Below the pieces are notes generated by a model. It did not search any database, was not told where the DNA came from, and saw nothing but the letters and a program-made list of their open reading frames with translations. Positions 26,655 through 39,923 of a DNA stretch of 64,000 bases are shown here, in pieces. This DNA is from an uncultured Actinomycetes bacterium (GTDB lineage: Bacteria; Actinomycetota; Thermoleophilia; Solirubrobacterales; 70-9). A program made the translations under genes and the position numbers. Each line of letters starts with the position of its first letter. Within the stretch, counting starts at the first letter, position 1. The stretch covers positions 213,141 through 277,140 of the forward strand of contig CAVREA010000004.1 of the NCBI GenBank assembly GCA_963720015.1. Reading direction: 5' to 3'.

Positions 26655-27850
26655 GTGCCCCGCGTCCTGATCCTCTCCTGGGAGTACCCGCCGCTGATCG
26701 AGGGCGGGCTCGCCCGCCACGTCCGCAAGCTCTCCGAGGGCCTCGTCGAGCTCGGCGTCGAGGTCCACGTGCTCACCCGCGGCGGCGAGGAGTCGCCCGA
26801 CGAGGAGCGTGCCGGCGGCGTGGCCATCCACCGCATCCGCGAGCCGAAACGGCCCACCGACCTCGGAGAGTTCGTCGCCTGGGTCGAGCGCATGAACTCG
26901 GACATGCTCGCCGCCGGCGTCGACCTCGGAGACCGTCACGACTTCGACCTCGTCCACGGCCATGACTGGCTCGTCGCGAATGCCTGCGACCACCTCGCGA
27001 AGCGGTTCGGCGCACCCCTGGTGACCACGATCCACGCCACCGAGCACGGACGCCACCAGGGCTGGGTGGACAAGCATCCCCAGTCCTATATCCACGGGGT
27101 CGAGAGGTGGATCACCAACCGCTCCGAGCGGGTGATCGCCTGCTCGTTCTACATGCGCGAGCAGATCGCCGACATCTTCGGGGTCGAGGAGGAATATGTG
27201 ACCGTGATCCCCAACGGCATCGACCCGGAGGACCTGCCGATGCCCAGGACGACACCGAGCTCGCCCGCCTGCGCTCCGAGTTCGCCGCGCCCGACGAGAA
27301 GCTCGTCCTCCTGATCGGCAGGCTGGTCTACGAGAAGGGCTTCCAGCTCGCCCTCGAGGCGATGCCGAAGCTGGTCGCCGAGGTGCCCGGCACCCGCTTC
27401 CTCGTGGCCGGCTCCGGCACCCATGAGGTCGAGCTTCACCGCCAGGCCCGCGACCTCGGGCTGATGGATCACGGCACCTTCCTCGGCTGGATCGGCGACG
27501 ACGTGCTCCACTCGCTCTACCGGATCGCCGACCTCACCGTGGTCCCCTCGATCTACGAGCCGTTCGGCCTCGTCGCCCTCGAGGCGATGGCGTCCGGGTG
27601 TCCGTGCATCGTCGCCGACACCGGCGGGCTGCGCGAGGTCGTCCCCCACGACGAGGCCGGCCTGCGCTTCCGGGCCCACGATCCCGAGGCCCTCGCTGAC
27701 GTCGCGATCAAGGTGCTCAGCGACGACGACCTCGGCCGCCGCCTGGTGGCGGAGGCCCACGAGCACGTTCGCCGCTTCGACTGGGCCGACGTCGCCGAGC
27801 AGACCGCCGCCGTCTACGAGACCCTGATCGCCGAGGCGGCCCGCGCCTAG
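26655..27850 (+). pseudogene. GT4-family glycosyltransferase (Rv3032-like); apparent frameshift near 27237
   Basis: From the GTG at 26655 it reads PRVLILSWEYPPLIEGGLARHV...HGHDWL. After NGIDPEDL the frame changes to DAQDDTELARLRSEFAAPDEKLVLLIGRLVYEKG...VPSIYEPFGLVALEAMASGCPCIVADTGGLREVV (the GT4 E-x7-E region). Confidence 0.8.
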
Positions 27851-28504
27851 GGGATCTCCAGCACTCCCGGGCCCCCCGCGGCGGGCTCGACCGGGTCCGG
27901 CCAGCGCAGGCGCTGCGGCGCGTCGCGCATCCGCAGGACCCGGGCCGGTACGCCGCCGACGACCGCGTTCGCGGGAACGTCCCTGGTCACCACCGAGTTG
28001 GTCCCGATCACCGCGTTGTCGCCGACAGTGACCCCGCGCAGGATGCAGGCGCCGTAGCCGATCCAGACATTGGAGCCGACGACCACGTCCCGCTTGTAGA
28101 TGCCCTGGTGGCGGATCGGGCGTCTCGACGTCGACGACGCCGTGGTCGAAGTCGATGAACATCGCCCGGTCCGCGATCACGCACTGGTCGCCGATGCGGA
28201 CCCGCTGGAACGCGGAGATCGTGCACTCCTGGCCGATCACCGTCTTCTGGCCGATCTCGACGACTCCCTCGTGGCAGCGGATCTTGGTCCCGTCGCCGAC
28301 CCAGACGAAGCGCCCGAAGCGGATCTGGCCCCGGCGCCCGGTCTGCAGCTGCAGGCCGCGGCCGAGGAAGACGGAGCCCGTCGGTGCGCCAGCGCCACCC
28401 GGCCGGGGTGAGCAGCGCGCCGCCAGGCCCAGCGCCAGCAGCAGGCGCCCGTACTTGGCGTTGAGCAGCCCGTTGCGGGCGGCGAATCGGGCGAGACGGA
28501 TCAC
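27847..28504 (-). pseudogene. Hexapeptide-repeat (LbH) acetyltransferase (Rv3034c-like position); apparent frameshift near 28108
   Basis: The N-terminal part, in the frame of ORF 27149..28561, reads IRFGRFVWVGDGTKIRCHEGVVEIGQKTVIGQECTISAFQRVRIGDQCVIADRAMFIDFDHG. The C-terminal part (ORF 27847..28086) reads VVVGSNVWIGYGACILRGVTVGDNAVIGTNSVVTRDVPANAVVGGVPARV. The start is uncertain (28504 or 28537). Confidence 0.7.
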
Positions 28505-28535
28505 GGCGGGCGGGACTCTAGACTGCCCGGCCCGC

Positions 28536-29503
28536 ATGCCCGACGCCGCCGAAGCAGGCAACCCTCGCGCAGCGCCTCGTCGAAGGCGACAAGCGCGCCC
28601 TTGCCCGCGCGATCACGCTGATCGAGTCCGACGACCCGGCCGGCTGGGAGCTCGTCCGCGAGGTCTACCCGCGCACGGGCAGGGCGCGGATCATCGGCTT
28701 CACCGGGCCTCCGGGCGTCGGCAAGAGCACCCTGATCGGGGCGCTGACCAAGGAGCTGCGCGAGGCGGAGCGCGAGCGTCGCGGTGCTCTCGATCGACCC
28801 CTCCAGCCCGTTCACCCGCGGCGCCCTGCTCGGCGACCGGATCCGGCTCTCCGACCACTTCCTCGACCCGGGCGTCTTCATCCGCTCGATGGCCTCGCGC
28901 GGCGCCCTCGGCGGCCTCTCCGAGGCCGCCCTCCAGGTGGCGCTGGTGATGGACGCCGCCGGCAAGGACGACGTCCTGATCGAGACCGTCGGCGTCGGCC
29001 AGGCCGAGATCGACATCGTCGACCACGCCGACACGATCGTGCTGGCGCTGATGCCGGGCTCGGGCGACTCGATCCAGGCCCTGAAGGCCGGCGTGATGGA
29101 GATCCCCGACGTGATCGTCGTCAACAAGGCCGACCACCCGATGACCGACACGATGGTGCGGGAGGTCCGCGGCGTGCTCGCGCTCGCCCAGGACCCGGAC
29201 GGCTGGAAGGTGCCGATCCTGCGCACCGAGGCGGCCCGCGGCGAGGGGGTGGCGGAGCTGCGCGAGCAGATCGACGAGCACCGCGCCTTCATCGAGGCGC
29301 AGGGGACGCTCGGCCGAGCGCCGCGCCCGCAACCTGCGCAACGAGGTGCTCGGGATCGCCGCCTCGCGGCTGCGCCGCCGGCTCGAGGGGACGGTCGCCG
29401 CGGACCCCGCGACCGCGGAGCTGCTCGACCGGGTCGTCAGGCGGGAGCTCGACCCGGCGAGCGCGGCGGGCGAGTTGCTAGAACACGGACCGGCGATGGC
29501 TGA
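28536..29503 (+). pseudogene. meaB: MeaB/ArgK-type G3E GTPase (methylmalonyl-CoA mutase chaperone), with 3-4 frame changes (about 28556, 28775, 29318, and the stop region)
   Basis: The pieces in three frames are:
- MPDAAEA
- TLAQRLVEGDKRALARAITLIESD...IIGFTGPPGVGKSTLIGAL (P-loop)
- VAVLSIDPSSPFTRGALLGDRIR...ETVGVGQAEIDI...VVNKADH
- ERRARNLRNEVLGIAASRL...DPASAAGELL
The exact 3' end is unclear. Confidence 0.75.
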
Positions 29504-29897
29504 GGCGCCGAGCCGCGCGAGGCCGGCTGAACGACGAGCTGGATCGGGCACCGGGTCGACGAGCTCGGACGGCACCAGCGTCGCCCGCGTGACCAGGCCT
29601 CTACGTCGACAGCGCAGGCGGCGAGCCCGTCTGGGTGGTCGCCAAGATGGGCCGCTTCGGCAGGGTCGTGGCGATCCCGCTACCGGGACTGCGCCGCCGT
29701 CGTCGGGCACGTCTGGGCCCCGTTCAGCAGGGACGCTCTCCGCGGCGCTCCGCCGGTCGATCCGGAGAAGCCGCTCAGCCGCGAGCAGGAGATCGCGATC
29801 TGCACGCACTACGCGATCGGCGAAGGCCAGGGGCGCCACGCCGAGGTGTTGCCGCGCAGCGAGGGCGAGATCACCGCCGAGTGCCGTGTCCTCGCGC

Positions 29898-31041
29898 TCA
29901 GCAGCCGAGCTGGCGCGCGATCACCATCTGCTGGACCTCGTCGGTGCCCTCGCCGATGGTGAGGATCTTGGCGTCGCGGTAGAAGCGGCAGACCGGGTAC
30001 TCCTCGATGTAGCCGTAGCCGCCGTGGATCTGGACGGCCTCCTCGGTGGCGCGGACCGCGAGGCGCCCGGTGATCAGCTTGGCCTGAGCGGCCGTCAGGG
30101 TGAACGGCTCGCCCACGGTCCTTCTCTATCGCCGCCCGGTAGGTGAGCAGGCGGGCGGCCTCGATCTGGGCGGAGAGGTCGGCGATCTTCGCCTGGATCG
30201 CCTGGTAGGTGGAGATCGGCTTGCCGAAGGCCCGCCGCTCCTTGGCGTATGCGATCGCCTCGTCGAGCGCCCCCTGGGCGAGGCCGACGCCCATCGCGGC
30301 GACGCCGATCCGCCCGCCGTCGAGGATCTGCAGGAACTGCTTGAAGCCGTCGCCGCGGCGCCCGAGCAGGTTCGCCTCGGGCACCCGGCAGTCCTCGAAG
30401 GTCAGCGGGCGCGTGTCGGACGCGTTCCAGCCCATCTTCCGGTAGGGCTCGCCGATCTCGTAGCCGGGCGTGCCGTTGGGGACGATCAGGTTCGAGATCT
30501 CGGGCGCGCCGTTGCGGCCGGTGACGGCGGTGATCGTCACGCAGCCCGAGATCTCCGTCCCCGAGTTGGTGATGAACTGCTTGGCGCCGTTGACGACCCA
30601 CTCGCCGTCCTCGAGGGCCGCCGTGGTCCGGGTGTTGCCTGCGTCCGAGCCCGCCTCGGGCTCGGTCAGGCCGAAGGCGGCGAGCCTGCGCCCGGCGGTC
30701 AGCTCCGGCAGCCACTCCGACTTCTGCTCGTCCGTCCCCCAGAGGTGGATCGGCATCGTCCCCAGCGAGGTGTGGGCCGCCATCGTGATCGCCACCGAGG
30801 AGTCGATCCGGGTCAGCTCCTCGACCGCGAGCGCGTACGAGAGGGTGTCGGCGCCGCCGCCCCCGTACTCCTCCGGGAACGGGATCCCCATCAGGCCGAG
30901 CTCGCCCATCTTGGCGACGATCTCGTAGGGAAACGCCTTGGTCCGGTCCAGCTCCTCGGCGACCGGCGCCACCTCGTTGCGGGCGAAGTCGCGGACGGTG
31001 TCGCGCAGAAGGCGCTGCTCGTCGGTGAGGCCGAAGTCCAT
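29898..31041 (-). pseudogene. Acyl-CoA dehydrogenase; one apparent frameshift near 30115
   Basis: The N-terminal 310 aa (MDFGLTDEQRLLRDTVRDFARNEVAP...LTEPEAGSDAG...) are in one frame. The C-terminal part, EPFTLTAAQAKL...IHGGYGYIEEYPVCRFYRDAKILTIGEGTDEVQ, is in ORF 29898..30116. Confidence 0.85.
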
Positions 31042-31054
31042 GCGGGCGCGGATC

Positions 31055-31467
31055 TTAGGGCCGCTCGAGCCCGGCCGCTTCGAGCGCCTCTTCGCGGTCC
31101 TGGTAGAGGGTGACCCTGGTGATCACGTCCCCGTCGAACTCGAAGACCTGCGCTCCCTTCGCCGAGAAGGGGGTGCCGCTCCCCTTGCCGCGGGCGCGGA
31201 TCCCGCCGACTCTGATCACCGATCCCCCGCCGGCCTTGATGAACTCGTCGTGAAAGAACTCGATGTCGTCGAAGACATCGAGCAATCCGGTGAGGAAGCC
31301 CTGCACTTCGGCCCGCCCTCGATACACGCCCTGTCCGAGTCCACGTGACCGCGACCAGTCGGCGACGATCTCGGGATCGGCGAGCTCGAGCACCTGCCCC
31401 GGCTCGACCGAGGGTCCGGCCGCGTAGAACGCCTTGATCGTCTCGACCCGGCGCTCGTACTCCGCGC

Positions 31468-31471
<4 letters not shown>
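31055..31471 (-). CDS. SnoaL/NTF2-like fold protein, 138 aa
   Basis: The GTG start at 31471 overlaps the aldehyde dehydrogenase stop (GTGA). The motif [12 protein letters not shown] and the C-terminus ...[20 protein letters not shown] resemble the two other small paralogs in this window. Confidence 0.65.
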
Positions 31472-32904
<1,433 letters not shown>

Positions 32905-32917
32905 CGGTTCCTTTCGG

Positions 32918-34929
32918 TCAGGTTGCGGTTGCCGCCACCTCGGCGGCGGGTGCGGCGCCGCTCGCTCCCGGGGCCGAGGCGGCGATCGCCTCGGCGGTGC
33001 GGTGCGCGAGCGCCATGATCGAGATCATCGGGTTGGTGCCGGAGGAGGTCGGGAAGGCGGATGCGTCGCCGATCCACACCCCGGGCACGTCGTGGAGCTC
33101 GCCCCACGGCCCGGCGACGCTCGTCTCCGGGTCGGTTCCCATCCGGCAGCTTCCCATCTGGTGGGCGGAGAACAGCCGGTAGCCGCCGAAGCGGAGCGGC
33201 ACCCGCTGGGCGGCGGCGATGAAGGCGTCGAGGTCGTCGCCGCGCCGCCAGCGGGGCATCCCCGCCGCCAGGGCGCGGATCTCGTAGGCGCCGGCGGCCT
33301 CGTGCATCCGCGCCTGCGCGGCGATCCCGCCCAGGGCGTTGGCGGTGTCGACCTCGTCGGTGAGGGCGTAATGGTGGAGGGCCTGGCCGTCGCCGTCGAT
33401 CGTGACCCGGCCGTGGCCGCGATCGCGCAGCAGCGCGATCGAGGTCGAGCAGTGGCGGTACCGCTCGAGCGTCGCCTTGTGGGCGGCGGCGCTGGCGAAC
33501 GGGATCGCGGAGGCGCCGATCCCCGTCGTGTACTGGGCGGTCTCGATCAGGAACCCCCAGCCGTCCCCGGTGTCGGCGAACTCGTCGATCGACCCCCGAG
33601 TGGGGAGGACCCCACCAGGCCCGCTGGTCCTCGGAGTACTCGCCGAGGAAGGCCGTGCAGGGGTGGAGGCGCAGGTGGTCGCCGACCGCGGGGCCGCCGA
33701 TCTGCGAGCGCAGCAGCAGCGCCGGCGACTCGAGCGAGCCGCAGGCGACCACGACCTGAGGCGCCCGCGCGGTGACCGCGGCCGAGCGCCCCGTCTCCGG
33801 ATCGAGGTACGTGGCCGCCACGCCGGCGGCGCGGCCCTTCTCGACCATCACCCGCTCGGCGCCGGTGCGGACGAGGATCTGGGCCCCGGCGTCGCAGGCG
33901 TCGCGGAGGTAGGTCTTGGTGGTGGTCTGCTTCGATCCCGACTGGTCGCCGAAGCCCATGTACGCCGCAGTCTCCGGCGAGTAGCAGGAGGGGTCGGCGT
34001 TGCGGACCACGCGTCTTGAAGTCCCAGCCGAGCCGCTCGGCGCCCTCCTTCATCCGCAGCGTGGGACCGTTGAAGTCCGAGCAGGCGTCGGTCGCGCCGA
34101 TCCGCTCCATCACCGCGTCGAGGTGGCGGTCGTACTCGGGCCCGTCCACTCCCTCGAGGCCGAACTCGCCGGCCCACTGCTCCCGCACCCAGGGCGTGGT
34201 CCGCAGGCAGTTGGTCCAGTTGATCGTGGTGCCGCCGCCGAGGTTGGAGCCCGCCTGGAGCGAGACGTTGCCATCGACCGTGGGCACTGGCCCGGCCCGG
34301 TAGTAGAGGTTCTGGTAGGCCCAGAGCTCGAGCTGGTTGAAGTCCGACTCGTCGTAGTAGCCGCCCGCCTCGAGGACCACGACCCTGAGGCCGGCTTCCG
34401 CCAGGGTGCCTGCGATCACGCCGCCGCCGGCGCCCGAGCCGACGACGACGACGTCGGCCTCGAGGGTGAGCTCGTCACCCTCGGGGACGAGCGGGGAGAT
34501 CGGCTTCCGGGCGGACGAGGGGAGGCCGATCGGCCCGGGATAGCCGAAGGTCTTCCAGGCCGGGTTCTGCCCCGTCTCGGGGTCCGGGATCGAGTAGGTG
34601 AGGAAGAGCGCCCCGCCGATCAGGGCGCCGACGCCGCCGGCGGCCTCAGGGCCGAGCAGCGAGATGTTGCGGAGGATCTGCTCGCGGGAGAGCTGCGAGG
34701 CGCGGGCAAAGCCCTGTTCCTCGAGCGCCTCGAGCAGCTGCACGAGGCCTGCGAACTGGAGCGGGGGAGCGGCCTCGAGGAGGTCGGCGAGGACCACGTC
34801 TGCGCCGACGTCGGTCGCCCTTCGGCCCCAGAACCCGTCCGGATCGGGCTCGTGCGCGATCGCGGGCACGACGGTGTCGCAGAGCGCGGCCAGGGTGGCG
34901 CGATGGGCGTCGCTCAGGCTCTGACTCAT
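32918..34929 (-). pseudogene. GMC-family FAD oxidoreductase (long-chain alcohol oxidase-like) with two frame changes (about 34012 and 33595)
   Basis: The ATG at 34929 has GGAG upstream. The pieces are:
- ~190-aa N-terminal region followed by DVVVVGSGAGGGVIAGTLAEAG (FAD GxGxxG)...GGGTTINW
- VRNADPSCY...VVACGSLESPALLLRS
- IDEFADTGDGWGF...FSAHQMGSCRMG...VWIGDASAFPTSSGTNPM. Confidence 0.8.
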
Positions 34930-35000
34930 CTCACATCTCCTTGCCTCGCTCGGCCCGGGTGCCGGGCCGAGCGGTAAAGCTATCGCTACCGGAGCGCGTG

Positions 35001-35462
35001 CTAGGCGACGGCGGCCGGCTCGCGCAGGTGCACGGCACGGGCGTCGCGAACCTCGAGCTGCTCGCCGCAGCGCTCGCAGATGCGGCGGTCGTTGACGTCG
35101 CCGCCGCAGTCCTTGTGGACGATCGCGACGGCGGGGCCCTCGGGCCCGGCCACGTGCCGGTCGCCCCAGGAGATCAGTGAGATCATCACCGGCCACAGGT
35201 CGAGGCCCTTCTCGGTGAGGAAGTACTCGTAGCGCTGGGGGCGCTCCTGGTAGATGCGCCTCTCGATGATGCCCTCGTCGAGGAGGCGCTGGAGGCGGTT
35301 GGAGAGGACGTTGCGGGCGACGCCGAGCGACTCCTGGATCTGGCTGAAGCGGCGCCGGCCGAGCCAGATGTCGCGGATCACCAGCAGGGTCCAGCGCTCA
35401 CCGATCAGCTCGAGCGTCCCGGCGATCGAGCAGTCCTGTCCGCGGTAGTCGCGCAGCAGCAT
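35001..35462 (-). CDS. HxlR-family transcriptional regulator with a C-terminal Cys-rich tail
   Basis: The signature is CSIAGTLELIGERWTLLVIRDI...FSQIQESLGVARNVLSNRLQRLLDEGIIERRIYQERPQRYEYFLTEKG. I prefer the ATG at 35462 to the GTG at 35483. Confidence 0.8.
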   Translation of the reverse strand: MLLRDYRGQDCSIAGTLELIGERWTLLVIRDIWLGRRRFSQIQESLGVARNVLSNRLQRLLDEGIIERRIYQERPQRYEYFLTEKGLDLWPVMISLISWGDRHVAGPEGPAVAIVHKDCGGDVNDRRICERCGEQLEVRDARAVHLREPAAVA

Positions 35463-35463
35463 C

Positions 35464-35502
35464 GTGTGTGAAGTGTCGCACACACGGTTGCTTGATGCAA
35501 CC
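35464..35502. promoter_or_regulatory. Two adjacent inverted repeats in the divergent hxlR / sORF-paaI intergenic region (candidate operator)
   Basis: The first repeat is GTGTGTG-N8-CACACAC (35464-35485). The second is GGTTGC-TTGAT-GCAACC (35486-35502). Both arm pairs are perfect. Confidence 0.35.
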
Positions 35503-35555
35503 TACCCTGTTACCGTCGGTTTCGTCAAACAACCAATCCCGAGAGGGGATTCGAG

Positions 35556-35711
35556 ATGGCCGCTCACAAGCTCAACTTCGACTTCAGCCGGATCCGGATC
35601 ACTGACGAGGAGATCCTCGCCGACCTCAGCTATCCGGCCCGGCCCCGGCACAACCGCAACCGGATCCGGGGCCTCGAGGCGCGCGCCGCCCGCCGCGGGC
35701 TGCGGCGATGA
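35556..35711 (+). CDS. Small ORF (51 aa) translationally coupled to the thioesterase gene
   Basis: The ATG at 35556 has GAGAGGGGA 7 nt upstream. The product is MAAHKLNFDFSRIRITDEEILADLSYPARPRHNRNRIRGLEARAARRGLRR. Its stop overlaps the next ATG (ATGA at 35708-35711). It is not in the supplied ORF track, presumably because it is too short. Confidence 0.4.
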   Translation: MAAHKLNFDFSRIRITDEEILADLSYPARPRHNRNRIRGLEARAARRGLRR

Positions 35712-36268
35712 GCCCCGCCGCAGTGCGCACCACCGCGGTCGAGTCGGCGCTCGCCCACGCCGAGCGCTCGCCGCAGGCCACGCGCGAGCGCCGGCTGGTC
35801 TGGCAGGACCCGGTGACGACGTTCGCCGAGGCGGCGGACCGCACCGGCCTCCAGTACCTGGAGGCGATCTCCGCCGGCGAGATCCCCCCGCCGCCGATCG
35901 CCGTCCTGATGAGGATGCAGCCCGCCGAGCTCGGCGACGGGACCGCCGCCTTCGAGGGCGAGCCCGGGGAGGAGCACTACAACCCGATCGGGGTCGTCCA
36001 CGGCGGCTACGCCGCGACCATCCTCGACTCGGTCCTCGGCTGCGCCGTCCAGACCACCCTGCCGGCCGGCAGCGGCTACACGACGCTCTCGCTCGAGGTC
36101 AAGTACGCGCGGCCGATCACGCGGGACACGGGGCCGGTCCGCGCCGAGGCCGAGGTCGTCCACCGCGGACGCACCCAGGCGATCGCCGAGGGGCGGCTCG
36201 TCGCCGCCCGGACCGGCAAGGTGCTCGCCAGCGCCACCTCGACCCTGCTCATCCTCGGCGAGGGGTGA
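35708..36268 (+). CDS. PaaI-family hotdog-fold thioesterase, 186 aa
   Basis: GVVHGGYAATILDSVLGCAV...SLEVKYARPI...VVHRGRTQAIAEGRL is the typical PaaI/4HBT pattern. Confidence 0.8.
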   Translation: MSPAAVRTTAVESALAHAERSPQATRERRLVWQDPVTTFAEAADRTGLQYLEAISAGEIPPPPIAVLMRMQPAELGDGTAAFEGEPGEEHYNPIGVVHGGYAATILDSVLGCAVQTTLPAGSGYTTLSLEVKYARPITRDTGPVRAEAEVVHRGRTQAIAEGRLVAARTGKVLASATSTLLILGEG

Positions 36269-36279
36269 GGAGCGCGCCT

Positions 36280-37719
<1,440 letters not shown>

Positions 37720-37854
37720 CGCGGCGAGTCTATGCACTGGGGCTGTACGGGCGCGAGGCCGCCGCTCGGTATCGTCCGGACGGCAGCGTGCGGTCCGCTT
37801 CGGCCGCCCGCGACCCGGAACCACACCTCAAGAACTCGGAAGGGATAGGCAGCA

Positions 37855-39039
37855 ATGCCAAGCACAGTCATCCTCGGAACCGCCCGGACGCCGTTCGGCA
37901 AGATGGGGGGAGGGCTCTCCACCCTCGACGCCACCGATCTCGGCGGAACCGTGATCGAGGCCGCCCTCGAGCGCTCCGGCGTCGAGCCCGGCCAGGTGCA
38001 GCAGGTCGTCTTCGGTCAGGTCCTGCAGGCGGGGCAGGGCCAGATCCCGTCGCGCCAGGCGCAGATCAAGGCCGGGATACCGAAGGAGGTCCCCTCCGAG
38101 ACCATCAACAAGGTCTGCGCCTCGGGAATGCGGGCGATCGGCCTCGCCGACCAGGCGATCAGAGCCGGCGACACGGAGGTGGCGGTTACCGGCGGCATGG
38201 AGTCGATGAGCCAGGCTCCGTACCTGCTTCCGGGCGCCCGCTTCGGCTTTCGCATGGGCGACGTCAAGGCGATCGACGCGATGACGCACGACGGCCTCAC
38301 CAACCCCTTCACGCGGAAGCAGATGATCAACGAGGCGAGCGAGGTGTCCAACGAGCTCGAGATCACCCGCGCCGATATGGACCGCTTCGCGGCCCGCTCG
38401 CACCAGCTCGCCGCCGAGGCGACCGATGCCGGCCGACTCGCCGACGAGATCGTCGGCGTCACGATCAGCTCCCGCAAGGGCGACACGGTCGTCGAGGCAG
38501 ACGAGGCGATCCGGCCCGACACGACGATCGAGACCCTCGCCAAGCTGAAGGCGATCGGCGGCGACGACGCCACCCACACCGCCGGCAACGCCCCCGGCGT
38601 CAACGACGGCGCCGGCGCCGTGATCGTCGCCTCCGACGAATGGGCGTCCGCCAACGGGCGCGAGGTGCTGGCCCGCGTGGTCGGATACGGCACGGTCGCC
38701 GACGACTTCCCCTACCTGGCGAAGACCCCCGCGCGGGCCGCCCAGCAGGCCCTCGAGAAGATCGGCAAGTCCCCCGAGGACGTCGACCTCTGGGAGATCA
38801 ACGAGGCCTTCGCATCGGTGGCGATCAACTCGCTGCGGATGCTCGGGATCGACGAGGAGAACGTCAACGTCAACGGCGGCGCGATCGCTCTCGGGCATCC
38901 GATCGGCGCCTCCGGCGCCCGCATCGTCGGCTCGCTCGTCCACGAGCTGAGGCGGCGGGGCGGCGGGCTCGGCTGTGCGGCGATCTGCTCGGGCGGGGGC
39001 CAGGGCGACGCCATCCTGATCGAGGCAGGCGGGGGCTGA
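37855..39039 (+). CDS. Acetyl-CoA C-acetyltransferase (thiolase II), 394 aa
   Basis: Motifs: [11 protein letters not shown] (active-site Cys), [20 protein letters not shown] and [12 protein letters not shown]. Confidence 0.9.
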   Translation: MPSTVILGTARTPFGKMGGGLSTLDATDLGGTVIEAALERSGVEPGQVQQVVFGQVLQAGQGQIPSRQAQIKAGIPKEVPSETINKVCASGMRAIGLADQAIRAGDTEVAVTGGMESMSQAPYLLPGARFGFRMGDVKAIDAMTHDGLTNPFTRKQMINEASEVSNELEITRADMDRFAARSHQLAAEATDAGRLADEIVGVTISSRKGDTVVEADEAIRPDTTIETLAKLKAIGGDDATHTAGNAPGVNDGAGAVIVASDEWASANGREVLARVVGYGTVADDFPYLAKTPARAAQQALEKIGKSPEDVDLWEINEAFASVAINSLRMLGIDEENVNVNGGAIALGHPIGASGARIVGSLVHELRRRGGGLGCAAICSGGGQGDAILIEAGGG

Positions 39040-39058
39040 CCAAGACCCGCCCCGCCAG

Positions 39059-39868
39059 TTGAGCACCGAGCCCGATCCGCAGAAGGCGGGCGCCTTCTTC
39101 GATCTCGACAAGACCCTGATGGCCGGCTCGAGCGGGATGCAGTTCGCCCGCGTCGCGGCGCGCCACGGGGTCGTCAAGCGGCGCCAGCTTGCGGAGTGGG
39201 GGTGGGACCACTTCCGCTACCGGCTGCGGGGCGCGACCGACGAGGAGACCGCCGACGTGCTCAAGGTCGCCCGCGAGCTGATCACCGGCGTCCGCGGGCT
39301 GGACATCGACCGCATGGGGCCCGAAGTGATGGCGGCGATCCTGCCGCGGGTCTATCCGCAGATGCTCGCCGAGGTCCACCGCCACCAGGATGAGGGCCGG
39401 CCGGCGTTCATCGTCAGCGCCGCGGGCAATGACGTCGTCCGCCTGCTGGCCACCGTGCTGCAGATGGACGGCGGAATAGGGACCCGCTACGAGGTCGGGC
39501 CGGACGGCCGCTTCACCGGCCGCCTCGACGGCCCCTTCGTCTACGGGCCCGGGAAGGTCGAGGCCATGGAGCGCTTCGCGGCCGACCACGAGATCGACCT
39601 CCGCGCCTCCTACGCCTATTCCGACTCGATCTCCGACCTGCCGATGCTGCAGGCGGTCGGCATCCCGGTGGCGGTCAACCCCGACCCCGCCCTCGCCCAG
39701 ATAGCCCGCGACGAGGGGTGGCAGGTGATGCGCTTCGAGCAGCTCGGGCGCCGGCTTGCGATCGGCGCCGCAACGCTGGTCGCCGCCGCCGTCGGACTGG
39801 GAAGCAGGGAGATCGCCGCCCGCCGCCGCCCGCCGCCGCGACGGCTGCGGCGCCAGTCGCGGCGCTGA
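39059..39868 (+). CDS. HAD-IB family hydrolase with a C-terminal hydrophobic tail, 269 aa
   Basis: Motifs: FFDLDKTL (motif I), [11 protein letters not shown] and [11 protein letters not shown]. The start is TTG. Confidence 0.8.
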   Translation: MSTEPDPQKAGAFFDLDKTLMAGSSGMQFARVAARHGVVKRRQLAEWGWDHFRYRLRGATDEETADVLKVARELITGVRGLDIDRMGPEVMAAILPRVYPQMLAEVHRHQDEGRPAFIVSAAGNDVVRLLATVLQMDGGIGTRYEVGPDGRFTGRLDGPFVYGPGKVEAMERFAADHEIDLRASYAYSDSISDLPMLQAVGIPVAVNPDPALAQIARDEGWQVMRFEQLGRRLAIGAATLVAAAVGLGSREIAARRRPPPRRLRRQSRR

Positions 39869-39923
39869 GCGGACGCGGGCGCCGTCGAACCGTGCCACGA
39901 GATGATGTAAACCTCCGGGGGCG

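Noticed and set aside
26544-27314. A GH57-GT4 fusion protein, read literally from the frame that runs 26370..27314.
   Set aside because: The linking peptide (RPQPRAAPRALATPSAI) looks like out-of-frame translation. A third frame gives a natural C-terminus plus a TAG, followed by a GTG start right before the conserved RVLILSWEYPP. It remains possible and needs resequencing.
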